64,000 bases of DNA. Source: Patescibacteria group bacterium (GTDB taxonomy: Bacteria > Patescibacteriota > JABMPQ01 > JAHIRA01). A program made the translations under genes and the position numbers. Where the stretch lies: the NCBI GenBank assembly GCA_018818205.1, contig JAHISJ010000026.1, positions 29,994 to 93,993 of the forward strand, read 5' to 3'. The notes under the pieces are model-generated. The model had not been told where the DNA came from. It saw only the letters and a list, made by a program, of their open reading frames with translations, and did no database searches. Of the stretch, positions 28,318 through 38,155 are shown one piece after another (positions within the stretch are counted from its first letter, which is position 1; each line of letters opens with the position of its first letter).

Positions 28318-28920
28318 ATGAAACAAAAATATGACTGGTTTGAAAGATTAATGGATTGGATGGCTTCTAAAGAAGGCTTTATAAGTCGATTTCAAGATTT
28401 TCTTTTTGCTGCTTTTGAGTATATTATTGTTAAATCCGGATGGGACACCATGGAAGATCCCGAGTACCTTGAAGGAGAAGAAGAAAAAGCATTCGCGGAA
28501 GAAGGAAAACTTTTCTTTAAATCACTCAAGATTGAACTTACGGAAGAGAAAATGCCTATCGATAACGTCCTAAAAATAATTCTCCACTACTTCTTTTTGA
28601 TAGTTAACAAAGAGTATCGCATTGGACAAAAATGGGCGCGATTTGTTGTGTGGAGTTCTGAGGGTCACAGACTTCACCCACAGTTCTTTGGAAGACTACA
28701 CATATGTTTAGGAGAAGACTCTATTAAAGAAAGTCTTTATACACAACCTTCTCCTGATTTTACAAAGATCTATGTTGTTTTTCCAAGAAGACCAGAAGAG
28801 ATTACCTTCACTGAATTTAATCTTCGCTATAGTGGAATATATCAATTCCACTATCCGTTCCAACAAACAGCAACTACTACATCATTCTTAAATACAAACG
28901 CCACGCAAGCATCAAGCTAG
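28318..28920 (+). CDS. Hypothetical protein (200 aa)
   Basis: Start reassigned to the Met preceded by the strong SD TAGGAGGAGAG-ATG (MKQKYDWFERL...). No recognisable domain. Confidence 0.45.
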   Translation: MKQKYDWFERLMDWMASKEGFISRFQDFLFAAFEYIIVKSGWDTMEDPEYLEGEEEKAFAEEGKLFFKSLKIELTEEKMPIDNVLKIILHYFFLIVNKEYRIGQKWARFVVWSSEGHRLHPQFFGRLHICLGEDSIKESLYTQPSPDFTKIYVVFPRRPEEITFTEFNLRYSGIYQFHYPFQQTATTTSFLNTNATQASS

Positions 28921-28956
28921 CGTGGCATTTTTGATTGCGCTGAGATTTTTGCGTTA

Positions 28957-31413
28957 CTATATGCTAAGCTCAACTTCTTTTATGAGAACTGCATTGTGAG
29001 CGGTATCATATTCATCTTTTGCAACTGCAATTCTTTCATTAAGCTCTCTTAAAGGTTTAGTTTGAGCGTCCATTTTTTGAGATGCAGTCATAAGCTCATC
29101 AAACACCGCATTGTCCAGCTGAACATTATCAATTTTATTATACGTTTCTTCTCTAAGAAGCGGAGAACCATCTTCTGCCTGATAGTTTCTAAGCGCTCCA
29201 ATAACGTCCATTGACCCAGTAGAAAGTGTAGCGAGTCCTCTTCTAAGTGCTTTTCTATTCTTCATTGTTTGAAAATAGCCAAGCGTAAATGCTTTTTTTG
29301 CTGGATCTTTGTACCCCAGTCTACCAAGTAAATTATCAAGCTCGCCTTTCATTCGGGCAACATCAGCAATATTTGATTCTCTTTCCATATTTTCTTTTTC
29401 ACCCAGCAAGCTACTCAACTTCAATTGCTTTTCATTTGCTTGTTGATCAAGTGCACGTAACTCGTCAGGTCGGGCATTTGCCTCTCTTTGTCTTCTTACA
29501 ATCATTTCTGCCTGCTTTAACGCCATTTGTCTATCAAAGCCTGGAAGCTCTTCAGTTGGCTCTTCACCAAAAGTTGCCCCTTCTTCATGAAAGCCTGGAA
29601 GCTCCAACGTTTTCCCTGCTCCAAAAGCTTCTTCCCACATATTGTCATAGCTCAAGCCAGGTGAGGTGTATTGGTCATATACCTGAGAAGCTTGATCTAA
29701 TCCAAACGTTCGCGCAGTGTCATTACTTGGCTGAACTCCTGCAGCTTCGGCAGTTTGTACGTATTGATTTTCTGCAAACTGACGCTGACTTTGTACTTGG
29801 GCTGTAAGCAAAGAATCTGCTATCTCTTGATCAACGCGCTGCAGCTCTCTCAGTCGTGATTCTAAAAGCATTGTAAGTCCTAAAGGGTTTTTTGCGCTTT
29901 GAGATACTACATCTATAAGACTTTGTTCCATGCCACGAACATTGGCAAGAGACTCATTTATTCTTTGAATTCTTTCTTGTGATACTTCCTTTTCACCCCT
30001 TATTTCTTCTGGCGAAAGCCTTACTGCATCCCGTGCAGTAGTTGCGGAAAGCAAAAGACCATCAGCAAAATCAATAGCTTGAGTAAATTCTTCACGTACA
30101 GATTCTGGATATAGCTTTGATATCTCTGTTTGATTAATAAGGAAGAGGTTCATTTCCATTCTCTTTCCAGTAAATCTAAGAGAAAACTTTTGAATTTTTG
30201 CCTCATATTCTTTTTCATCTCTTCGTTTCAATTCATCCCACCCAAGCTGTGCTATTATTTCAGGACTATAATTTGTATCCTTTACACTACCATCATCTAA
30301 ATTATAAATAGTGTTGAGTACTTGATATTCTTCAGCAGACATTGCACGAGTCATTTCAAGAAGCCTCTGATTATTTTGCATCATTGTATATGCTTCGCCC
30401 ATACTTATTGACAAATCATAATACGTATCCCAACTCATCTGCGCAACTGAAGTAAGTCTCCCCTTTTCACCTTCCTGGAGTTGAATCATTCTTTCAAAAC
30501 GAAGATCTCTCTCACCCTTGGGATAGTCCGTTTTTATATCGTGTTTTTCATATGCTTCTGCTACAGCTCTCTTGCCAGAATCCAATAATCCTTTAAAGTC
30601 TCTTTCTGCTTTTTGAGCAAGACGTTTTTGCTCAGATTGCTCTATACCTTTAGGAAAACCAACCATTTCCTCAGTTTGATTTAATACTTCTGGCGTTTTT
30701 TGAGATAATCGAGCCTGATGTTCTTGCAAGAAATTTTGAACACCTGTACTAAGGTTTTGTTCTATAGTGCGAACAGTATCATTTGGTACTTCTTCATTCC
30801 TAAGAGTATCATAAACAGCACCTTCAGCATCTAAAGCAAATCGAAGGGCTTCCATTTTTAGGGTCACTTTTTGATTAAGCTCAGTCTTTGCAAGTTGCTC
30901 CGAAATATTTGATCTTACTGTAGCAAGCTCAGCACTTGTTTGATCAATCACTTGTCTTTGTGCTTCTTCTGGAAGCTCTTCACCTCGTTTTTCTGCTTCA
31001 TTAACTGCACGAGTAACTACTCCAGGAGTATCAAGTACAACATCCTTAACTTCTTCAGGAGAAACTGGGCCTTCTAACATTTCAGCAAGGATTCTATTTC
31101 TCTCTTCCTCATCTACATACCGTTCTTTCACTGGTCTCAAAGCAGCTCGTTTTTCTTCCTCCGTCAAAGCAATTTCTTGCTTCAATACTCTTTTTTGATT
31201 TGCTTGAGACATACTGGAAACTTCTGCAAAAAAATCACGCAGGGGTGTTTCTTCAGACTGTTCTTCTGACCTTGTTCCTTGACTAAAAACTAAATCTGCC
31301 CATTCTTTTGCTTTTTGGCTTAATGCATCCATATTTCCTTCACGCGCTGCTGCTTCAGCTTCTGCATGTTTTGCGTCGGAATAGATATCTCCTGTTGACA
31401 TTTTTCTAGCCAT
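28957..31413 (-). CDS. Large (818 aa) predominantly alpha-helical, E/Q/R-rich hypothetical protein
   Basis: Long intact ORF with heptad-like periodicity and no TM segment. Lies downstream of the VirD4-like ATPase module on the same strand. Confidence 0.5.
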   Translation of the reverse strand: MARKMSTGDIYSDAKHAEAEAAAREGNMDALSQKAKEWADLVFSQGTRSEEQSEETPLRDFFAEVSSMSQANQKRVLKQEIALTEEEKRAALRPVKERYVDEEERNRILAEMLEGPVSPEEVKDVVLDTPGVVTRAVNEAEKRGEELPEEAQRQVIDQTSAELATVRSNISEQLAKTELNQKVTLKMEALRFALDAEGAVYDTLRNEEVPNDTVRTIEQNLSTGVQNFLQEHQARLSQKTPEVLNQTEEMVGFPKGIEQSEQKRLAQKAERDFKGLLDSGKRAVAEAYEKHDIKTDYPKGERDLRFERMIQLQEGEKGRLTSVAQMSWDTYYDLSISMGEAYTMMQNNQRLLEMTRAMSAEEYQVLNTIYNLDDGSVKDTNYSPEIIAQLGWDELKRRDEKEYEAKIQKFSLRFTGKRMEMNLFLINQTEISKLYPESVREEFTQAIDFADGLLLSATTARDAVRLSPEEIRGEKEVSQERIQRINESLANVRGMEQSLIDVVSQSAKNPLGLTMLLESRLRELQRVDQEIADSLLTAQVQSQRQFAENQYVQTAEAAGVQPSNDTARTFGLDQASQVYDQYTSPGLSYDNMWEEAFGAGKTLELPGFHEEGATFGEEPTEELPGFDRQMALKQAEMIVRRQREANARPDELRALDQQANEKQLKLSSLLGEKENMERESNIADVARMKGELDNLLGRLGYKDPAKKAFTLGYFQTMKNRKALRRGLATLSTGSMDVIGALRNYQAEDGSPLLREETYNKIDNVQLDNAVFDELMTASQKMDAQTKPLRELNERIAVAKDEYDTAHNAVLIKEVELSI

Positions 31414-31495
31414 ATTTTTTTATTACTTATATTATTTTTACTAGCTATGAACTATAGCATAAAATTGCCAATCTGTCAATACTTTTCCTTATTCT

Positions 31496-32077
31496 TCATT
31501 GCACGAGACATTTTTTACACTTCTCTATCATTAACTGCTGTGCTTCTTCTTCAAACTTCTGAGCATCGAGAAGTAATTGTGACCCATGCTCAAACGTCTG
31601 TGCACCATCTTCACCTGCCAAAAGGTTGTCAAAACCCTTTACGTACGACTCATATCCCTCTGCTTGAAACGTATACTTTGAAATAAGTTTTTCTTGAATG
31701 CCTACCGATGTACCTTTGGCTGAAATGGTACCCATCTTTTCCTGAGCACGCGACGCCTCTTTGCTAGCCTCATTGAAAAGCTCTTTTCTCTGCCTCCAGA
31801 CTGAACGTCTAGCTTCATTCTCTTCCCCCTGGTCTTTTTCTTGAAGGTTGCCGTCTTTTTCCATTAGGTCAGCAATAGCTAGCCCCTCATGTATATACAC
31901 TTCTTTGTTATACTCTTCAACAAACAAGACAACGTCTCGCGTTTGAAAGTAACCCTCGAGCGCAGGTCCCAGTTGAAACCTGTACATCACTGCCCCAAAA
32001 ACTACAAAAAGAATGACGATACCACTACTGATTATTTTCTGTCTTTTTAGTATACTCTCTTCTTTAGAAGAAATCAT
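31496..32077 (-). CDS. Membrane-anchored hypothetical protein (N-terminal TM, charged helical ectodomain)
   Basis: 193 aa with TM segment IISSGIVILFVVFGAVMY. Its start overlaps the stop of the upstream ATPase gene. Confidence 0.45.
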   Translation of the reverse strand: MISSKEESILKRQKIISSGIVILFVVFGAVMYRFQLGPALEGYFQTRDVVLFVEEYNKEVYIHEGLAIADLMEKDGNLQEKDQGEENEARRSVWRQRKELFNEASKEASRAQEKMGTISAKGTSVGIQEKLISKYTFQAEGYESYVKGFDNLLAGEDGAQTFEHGSQLLLDAQKFEEEAQQLMIEKCKKCLVQ

Positions 32078-33567
32078 TACGTATCGTTATCCTTCTGCAC
32101 TGACTGAAATGCCTTCTTAAACGGTTTATGAGAATCATCGTTAACCTTAGATTGGGAGTGGGATTGATTCTGTCTCGGCTGAGTATCGCTGCGATTTTGA
32201 TACTTTTTTGGTTCTCGTTTTTTTTGATACTCATTGGGTCTTGACCTTGGACTTGACTTTGGGGATTCCATTTCACCCTTTGTCGGTTCCGTACTATCTG
32301 TAAACCCACTAAAGCGAGCAATTTTCCCCTCAATTATTTCTCGTTTTTTTGCATACCGTTCACGAGAGATACGAATAATTTTATCCTGAAATCCATCTGG
32401 CTCCCATGTTGGTGCAATAGACTGAGCACTAAACGCCTGGGACGCCACACCATTTATCATAAGTTTTAAGTACACATTATACTTAGTCAGATTTACGAGA
32501 TGGTTTGCGGTAAACACCGGTTCAAACTCTGTCTCAAACATCTCTGAATCTTGTGCACCAATTCTAAAAACAATCATAGTCCCCACATTGCCAAACACCG
32601 CATCGTACACCGTCTCCGGAAGCTGGTTAATATACTGATGGGCCATAATTAAATTTAATCGATACTTACGCGCTTCAGATAAAATGTCAGCAAAACTGTC
32701 CGTAGCAAAATTTTGGAACTCATCAACGTAGAGATAGAAGTCCACACGCTTTTCCTCCTGAATATCAACACGACTCATTGCCGCAAGTTGTAGTTGCGTA
32801 ATCATCATAGCACCAAAAAGCGCAGAGGCGTCTTCACCGACTTTTCCTTTGGATAGGTTTAAAAGCAAGATCTTCTTTGAATCAATAACATCACGCATAT
32901 TTATGGTCGACTTTGGTTGTCCAACAATGTTTCTGATAAGTGAAATCGACAAAAACTGACCAACCTTATTCTGAATTGGCGCAATTGCCTCTTGCTGAAA
33001 CTTGTCGGGATACCGCGAGTACTCGTCTACCCAAAAAGATTTTACCACTGGGTCAGTAACCTTACTTATAACCTTTTTTCTAAACGACTTGTCCGTAAGC
33101 ATACGCATGATACCAAGAAGCGTACTCCCCGGGTAATCAAGCAAAGCAAGAATGGTATTCCGAAGCACATACTCAAGCCGTGGTCCCCACGAATCTGCCC
33201 AAATCTTTTTAAAAACACCTAAAAGTCCTGATGCAACAAGATGTTTGTATTCAGGATTGACGCTTTCCATCACATTAAACCCAAGAGGATAATTAATATC
33301 CCCGGCATCAAAATATATGACGTCGTTTACTCTATTTGACGGCACATATTGAAGCATCTTGTGAGCAAAGTCGCCATGAGGGTCAACGACGCAAAGACCA
33401 TTGCCTTTCCGTATGTCGCTAATAACCATATTCTCAAGAAAAGTCGTCTTTCCCATTCCGGTTTTTCCAATGACATACATATGACGTCTTCTGTCATCCC
33501 TGCGAATACCAAATTTGGTAAACTTTCCTCTATAATTTGTCTCTCCGAGTATTGTTACATCATCCAT
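32077..33567 (-). CDS. P-loop ATPase of the VirD4/TraG/TrwB (type IV coupling protein) and FtsK-HerA superfamily
   Basis: Walker A VIGKTGMGKTT, Walker B FYLYVDEF, a C-terminal HQYINQL motif and a basic/low-complexity tail. No N-terminal TM helices of its own. Confidence 0.55.
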   Translation of the reverse strand: MDDVTILGETNYRGKFTKFGIRRDDRRRHMYVIGKTGMGKTTFLENMVISDIRKGNGLCVVDPHGDFAHKMLQYVPSNRVNDVIYFDAGDINYPLGFNVMESVNPEYKHLVASGLLGVFKKIWADSWGPRLEYVLRNTILALLDYPGSTLLGIMRMLTDKSFRKKVISKVTDPVVKSFWVDEYSRYPDKFQQEAIAPIQNKVGQFLSISLIRNIVGQPKSTINMRDVIDSKKILLLNLSKGKVGEDASALFGAMMITQLQLAAMSRVDIQEEKRVDFYLYVDEFQNFATDSFADILSEARKYRLNLIMAHQYINQLPETVYDAVFGNVGTMIVFRIGAQDSEMFETEFEPVFTANHLVNLTKYNVYLKLMINGVASQAFSAQSIAPTWEPDGFQDKIIRISRERYAKKREIIEGKIARFSGFTDSTEPTKGEMESPKSSPRSRPNEYQKKREPKKYQNRSDTQPRQNQSHSQSKVNDDSHKPFKKAFQSVQKDNDT

Positions 33568-33597
33568 TGTAGTAGTACATATACACGTTTATTCTTA

Positions 33598-34878
33598 TTA
33601 CATTGGGACAGGCAGATCCGGTGGTGGCTCTGCTTTTCTGGTATCAAGACGCTCAAGTGTTGGCGTCCGCACACTCTCATAGGGGAAGTGATACATTGTA
33701 GCAATTTCCTCGGTACTCATAACATAGGCATTGCCACCCATCCACGGATCCCGCCCTTTAAATCCTTTCATAATTAACCGTTTTCTTCTTGGAACACGCA
33801 TTTTTTTAAAGTAGTCAACCGATGTCCAGTTTTTGGTGTTCGGTTTCAAACCATTGAGATTCTCCGTAGTAAATATGCGCATGAACATAAACATAGGCAT
33901 CATACCTTTTGGCTTATTAAAAACCTCGTTTTTGCCAACATATACAAACCGCATCTTGACAAAAAACGCAATCTTGGAGATACTCTCCTCTATTGCTTTA
34001 ATAACTTCCCGTTCTCCTGGAGAAAGGAAGGACATCTCCATACCCTCTTCATCTTCAATCTCAGAAGGAGGAAACCCAAGTGCATTATCAATATTCTTCT
34101 CTACATTATGCCACCCTCCCAAAACGTACCGAGAAACCCAAGATTCAGACGATTTTGGTGAACGGTTCATAAGTTCATCTACAACCGCTAACGCTTTTTT
34201 TTGCCACTTCTCGTCCCACCGTGGCTGTATGATTATCTGAAACCACAACTGTTCACCGGGATTTAATCCACTCATTGCCTCAGTAAGCGTTGAGACGGGG
34301 TCAATAAAACCCTTTTCAATATCTTCAGCAAACGACTTGTACGTACGGATAGGATAGGGATCTGGACGCACTAGAGCTATTTCTGTTCCATACATATCAT
34401 ACTCCTCATTTGGATACGTGTCAGGCGCAAAAGTTACATAGTCCTCGACAAGCATGATTTCAGCCTCTGGATAATACGCATAAATCATTGCCTCAAGTGA
34501 TTCTCTGTACTTGTTAGGCATGCGCATAAGAAACCGCACCTGGCCATTAATACCTACTATCTCAAGGCTTACACTGAGCTGAAACTCGCCATACCAGTAC
34601 TTTTCATACATATTTGGAGGATGTTCAATAGAGTGAATAGCAGTAATAATTTGCTCCATTGATTTTGGATCCTTGATATTATCAGCAGGAATAGTAATGG
34701 CAATTAAGTCATAGTCAATAGAGAGCGCGAATTTAATCTGCCTTCTAAAAAGAAATAGCTGAAATCCCAAATACAAAAAAAGTGGTATTAAAATAAACCA
34801 CGTATATGAAATTACTAAAGAGATATAACCCCAAAGCTCGATTAAGCCCGGTCCAACTTCTTGAAGCATACTACTCAC
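33598..34878 (-). CDS. Polytopic membrane protein, hypothetical, partner of the VirD4-like ATPase
   Basis: 426 aa with an N-terminal TM pair (WFILIPLFLYLGFQLFLF) and a large soluble domain. Separated by 30 nt from the ATPase gene on the same strand. Confidence 0.5.
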   Translation of the reverse strand: MSSMLQEVGPGLIELWGYISLVISYTWFILIPLFLYLGFQLFLFRRQIKFALSIDYDLIAITIPADNIKDPKSMEQIITAIHSIEHPPNMYEKYWYGEFQLSVSLEIVGINGQVRFLMRMPNKYRESLEAMIYAYYPEAEIMLVEDYVTFAPDTYPNEEYDMYGTEIALVRPDPYPIRTYKSFAEDIEKGFIDPVSTLTEAMSGLNPGEQLWFQIIIQPRWDEKWQKKALAVVDELMNRSPKSSESWVSRYVLGGWHNVEKNIDNALGFPPSEIEDEEGMEMSFLSPGEREVIKAIEESISKIAFFVKMRFVYVGKNEVFNKPKGMMPMFMFMRIFTTENLNGLKPNTKNWTSVDYFKKMRVPRRKRLIMKGFKGRDPWMGGNAYVMSTEEIATMYHFPYESVRTPTLERLDTRKAEPPPDLPVPM

Positions 34879-34934
34879 TTAAATTTGATCTCTGTTTTAC
34901 GGCCCCTAACTATTCAGTGCACCCTATAATAGTC

Positions 34935-36020
34935 TTATGACTTTGTAACGTATACAAAACCATCACCTTGTTTCTGAATTGCATCTCTACTTTGTAATGC
35001 TAACACGATTGTATTTTTCTTTACAAGACGTTGTTTGCGTACTTTTTCAACAATTTCTTCTTTGGTAAGTGGTCCATCAGCATTTTTTAGAACATCTAAG
35101 ACAACATCAGCTACAGTACCGGTCTGATATCCCCATGACGTCAACGCATAAATGCCACGCCCTACAAGAACAAATCTACCATCTTTGATAAGCTCATTGT
35201 GGACAGTCTGTGCGATAGCTTCTTTTTTACTAAAGCCAGCTTCGTTAATTTTCTTTGTAATCTCTGTAAAGTGAAGAGGCTTTCCTTCTTTTTTGAGGAT
35301 AATATATGCCTTATCTTTTACTCCACGAGGAATAATCTCACTCCAATGTGCAAGACCCCATTCATCAAATGGATTACGCTTAATACGTTTACCAATAAGT
35401 AAATATGACTTCACTCGCTCAGAGTCACGCTTCTCATCAGTTATTTCTTCCGCTTTTGGATGATTTACCACATGCTCGACAGCGAGACCATGGTTAACAG
35501 GCTCATTTTTTTCTTCAAGAATTTCAATAAAAGACTGGATTACCTTTTCCGGAACACGCAAGTCAGCGTCTTTAATGTACCAGTGTTTATTGTATTCGTC
35601 GGTCTCTTTATTATCAAAAAATCGATCACTAATATGCAGTACAAACTCAACATGATTATCATGTACGTCACCAGGAAGTTCTTCTTTTGATTTTTCTACC
35701 AAGTACTGATGTTCCATGATATGACCGTAGTCTGCAATAATGTGCTCAATAATATCTTCCGTTGGAATAAGATCCTCCATTTTTTCTGAGGATTTTAATT
35801 CCTTTAATGCCGCAGATTCTATTTGTCTTACACGCTCACGAGTAATCTCGTACGCTTTACCTATTTCTTCAAGTGTCATCTTGCGTGATCTATCAAGCCC
35901 GTATCGTTTAAGAACAATGTCTCTTGTTCGCTCAGGGAGATCAGTAATGAACGCACGAATAACAGCCTCAAGATCTTTTGAGACAGTGTCTGCTGCGTAT
36001 TGTTCAGCTGCGTTCACCAT
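34935..36020 (-). CDS. Sigma-70 region-4 (HTH) domain protein with a long C-terminal extension
   Basis: The N-terminus DLPERTRDIVLKRYGLDRSRKMTLEEIGKAYEITRERVRQIESAALKELK is a classic sigma-70 region 4.2 HTH. Regions 2 and 3 are not recognisable. Confidence 0.55.
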   Translation of the reverse strand: MVNAAEQYAADTVSKDLEAVIRAFITDLPERTRDIVLKRYGLDRSRKMTLEEIGKAYEITRERVRQIESAALKELKSSEKMEDLIPTEDIIEHIIADYGHIMEHQYLVEKSKEELPGDVHDNHVEFVLHISDRFFDNKETDEYNKHWYIKDADLRVPEKVIQSFIEILEEKNEPVNHGLAVEHVVNHPKAEEITDEKRDSERVKSYLLIGKRIKRNPFDEWGLAHWSEIIPRGVKDKAYIILKKEGKPLHFTEITKKINEAGFSKKEAIAQTVHNELIKDGRFVLVGRGIYALTSWGYQTGTVADVVLDVLKNADGPLTKEEIVEKVRKQRLVKKNTIVLALQSRDAIQKQGDGFVYVTKS

Positions 36021-36184
36021 ACTAGTAGGATTAAAATACTAACGTAACTATTTTATAAAATTAATTTCTAACAACCATATCACCAATAATGTATCATGTT
36101 TTACAACAATTGTCAACCCTTAACAACACAGTCTACACTACTATTCAAATTATGTCAAGGACCTTTACAAAAAAGAGTGTACTG

Positions 36185-36221
36185 CGAAAGCAAAACACTC
36201 ACTTTTTATCTATTTTAAGCC
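36185..36221 (-). terminator. Intrinsic terminator after the 95-aa gene
   Basis: Minus strand reads GAGTGTTTTGCTTTCGCAGTACACTCTTTTTTG. Confidence 0.55.
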
Positions 36222-36509
36222 CTAAATAAAGGATTGAATCCTCTGAGCTTCTTCTTGAACAACAGCACTTTCTTCATCTTCATAACACCTAACTCCCTTT
36301 TTATGCATTGGACGTCTGGCATCAAAATGGAGATCTAAAATGACACTGTAATCTGATCCGTACTTTAAAAGTACATGAAAACGAGGATAAAAAGATGCTC
36401 CCGTTCTTCTGATATAGCTCTCGCCACCTGTCGTGGGGTTGCGCCACGGTTTATATCCTGCTTTTCGCATGACGTTCCGGGGATTTGTTTGTCCTATAGA
36501 TATTTTCAT
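36222..36509 (-). CDS. Hypothetical basic protein (95 aa); weak RelE/ParE-like resemblance
   Basis: The FYPRFHVLLKYGSDYSVILDLHFDARR segment loosely resembles the RelE-fold C-terminus. No antitoxin-like partner is evident. Confidence 0.3.
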   Translation of the reverse strand: MKISIGQTNPRNVMRKAGYKPWRNPTTGGESYIRRTGASFYPRFHVLLKYGSDYSVILDLHFDARRPMHKKGVRCYEDEESAVVQEEAQRIQSFI

Positions 36510-36551
36510 AGTAATACTCTTGATAACTGATCATTGAAAAATTGAAATTCC

Positions 36552-36857
36552 TTACCTAAGCTCTTCTTTGACTTTCTCCTTCAACGTATCATCAATCTCA
36601 TCCGGAAGCATATCGCCTTCGGGATTATGTTCTGTGGCTTCCTCGTACACCTTATACTTAGCGTCAGTCACTGCGCCTCTTAATGATTCTTTTTCTTCCG
36701 CAGTAAGATCTTGCCTGAGCTTAAGCACATAGTAATCTTTAAAGGTTTTATACGTAACGACACCAACATCTTTCTTTACAGTATATGCTGCATAACCAAT
36801 AACGCCCCCGATAGTGAGCAAAACAATGAGTATAAATCCTGCGATAAATCGAATCAT
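36552..36857 (-). CDS. Small single-TM membrane protein, hypothetical
   Basis: N-terminal TM FIAGFILIVLLTIGGVIGYAAY and an acidic tail. Overlaps the MiaB-like gene stop by 4 nt. Confidence 0.4.
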   Translation of the reverse strand: MIRFIAGFILIVLLTIGGVIGYAAYTVKKDVGVVTYKTFKDYYVLKLRQDLTAEEKESLRGAVTDAKYKVYEEATEHNPEGDMLPDEIDDTLKEKVKEELR

Positions 36858-38068
36858 TCTGGTTTGATTATATTCTTACCTTCTAGTGTAAATTGTTTTA
36901 TGGTATTTCGCAAATCTCGTTTTGACGGCATATAGACACGCACATAGTTTTCTGTATAGCCCTCAAAATAGCCATTTCTTTGGTCCTCAAAAAGCACTGA
37001 TACGGTGGTCCCTATACACTCTTTTTTAAATTGATGCTCACTCTCGCTAGCATAATCTCGCAGAATATGTGCTCTCTTTTGTTTTACCTCCTCTAAAACC
37101 TGATCTTTCATTGTTGCAGCAGGCGTCCCCTCCCTGGCTGAAAAGGGGAATACATGCACACTAGAAAACCGTGCCGCGTCAATAATTGAGAGACTTTCCA
37201 TAAAATCACGATCCGTCTCACCGGGAAACCCTACAATAATATCCGTTGTTACCCCAAATAGAGGATCAATCTTGCGTATTTTTTTTACCAGTGATACATA
37301 TTCTTCTCTAGTATAGCACCTATTCATTTTGGCTAAAATATCACTTGAGCCGCTCTGCAAAGAAAGATGCCAGTGGTTTAACAGTCTTTTACTCTCCCAA
37401 AGGGCAATAAAATCATCGTCAATAAATCTTGGATCAAGGGAGCCAAGCCGAATACGCTTGATACTTGTATTAGCAAGAACATACTCAAGTAGCTGAGTAA
37501 GATTTAAACTCTCTTTGTAAGAATATTTATTGATGTTCACTCCGGTAAGCACTACCTCTTTAAACCCTTCCTTCTGTCTTTTTTTAATTTCTGAAACAAT
37601 CTTTGTTGGCGAAACACTGTTTAATGGACCTCGTCTACGTGAAATAATGCAATACGTGCAAAACATATCACATCCCTCCTGAATTTTGATGAGTGCTCTG
37701 TCTTTTTCAGAAACGAAAACAGTGGGTGTTTGAGGCGAATCATCTTGATTGTCTTTTTTTAGGAAAGAAAGTACGTCGTGAACAAGTGTATCTTTATTGC
37801 TTAAAAAAAGATCAACATCCTTCTTTTGCTCAATGGAACACCCCGTTGCGACAATAACCGTATTTGAATTACTATTTCTTATTTTATTGATCATCTGACG
37901 TGTTTTCCTCACTGCCTGATGTGTCACTGCACATGAGTTTACTACACACACGTCAGGACTCTCTTTAAATGGCACAACGTTAAAGCCGCGACTTTGGAAC
38001 TCGCGTGAAAAGGTATCGCTTTCTGCTTGATTGAGCTTACAACCAAGGGTGAGGATTGAGATTTTCAT
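36854..38068 (-). CDS. Radical-SAM methylthiotransferase, MiaB/MtaB/RimO family
   Basis: MTTase N-terminal domain (ILTLGCKLNQAESD...VVNSCAVT) and the radical SAM CxxxCxxC motif (EGCDMFCTYCII). Confidence 0.8.
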   Translation of the reverse strand: MKISILTLGCKLNQAESDTFSREFQSRGFNVVPFKESPDVCVVNSCAVTHQAVRKTRQMINKIRNSNSNTVIVATGCSIEQKKDVDLFLSNKDTLVHDVLSFLKKDNQDDSPQTPTVFVSEKDRALIKIQEGCDMFCTYCIISRRRGPLNSVSPTKIVSEIKKRQKEGFKEVVLTGVNINKYSYKESLNLTQLLEYVLANTSIKRIRLGSLDPRFIDDDFIALWESKRLLNHWHLSLQSGSSDILAKMNRCYTREEYVSLVKKIRKIDPLFGVTTDIIVGFPGETDRDFMESLSIIDAARFSSVHVFPFSAREGTPAATMKDQVLEEVKQKRAHILRDYASESEHQFKKECIGTTVSVLFEDQRNGYFEGYTENYVRVYMPSKRDLRNTIKQFTLEGKNIIKPE

Positions 38069-38155
38069 AGTGATTATTCTAAATCAACTGTTATAATATG
38101 CAAGAGAGAAAAACTATATTCAAACAAGAGAATTACCTTAAATCTACAAAATTTC

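Noticed and set aside
36222-36509. Toxin-antitoxin pair around the 95-aa RelE-like ORF
   Set aside because: No small antitoxin-like ORF is adjacent (its upstream neighbour is a membrane protein co-transcribed with the MiaB-like gene). The resemblance to RelE is weak.
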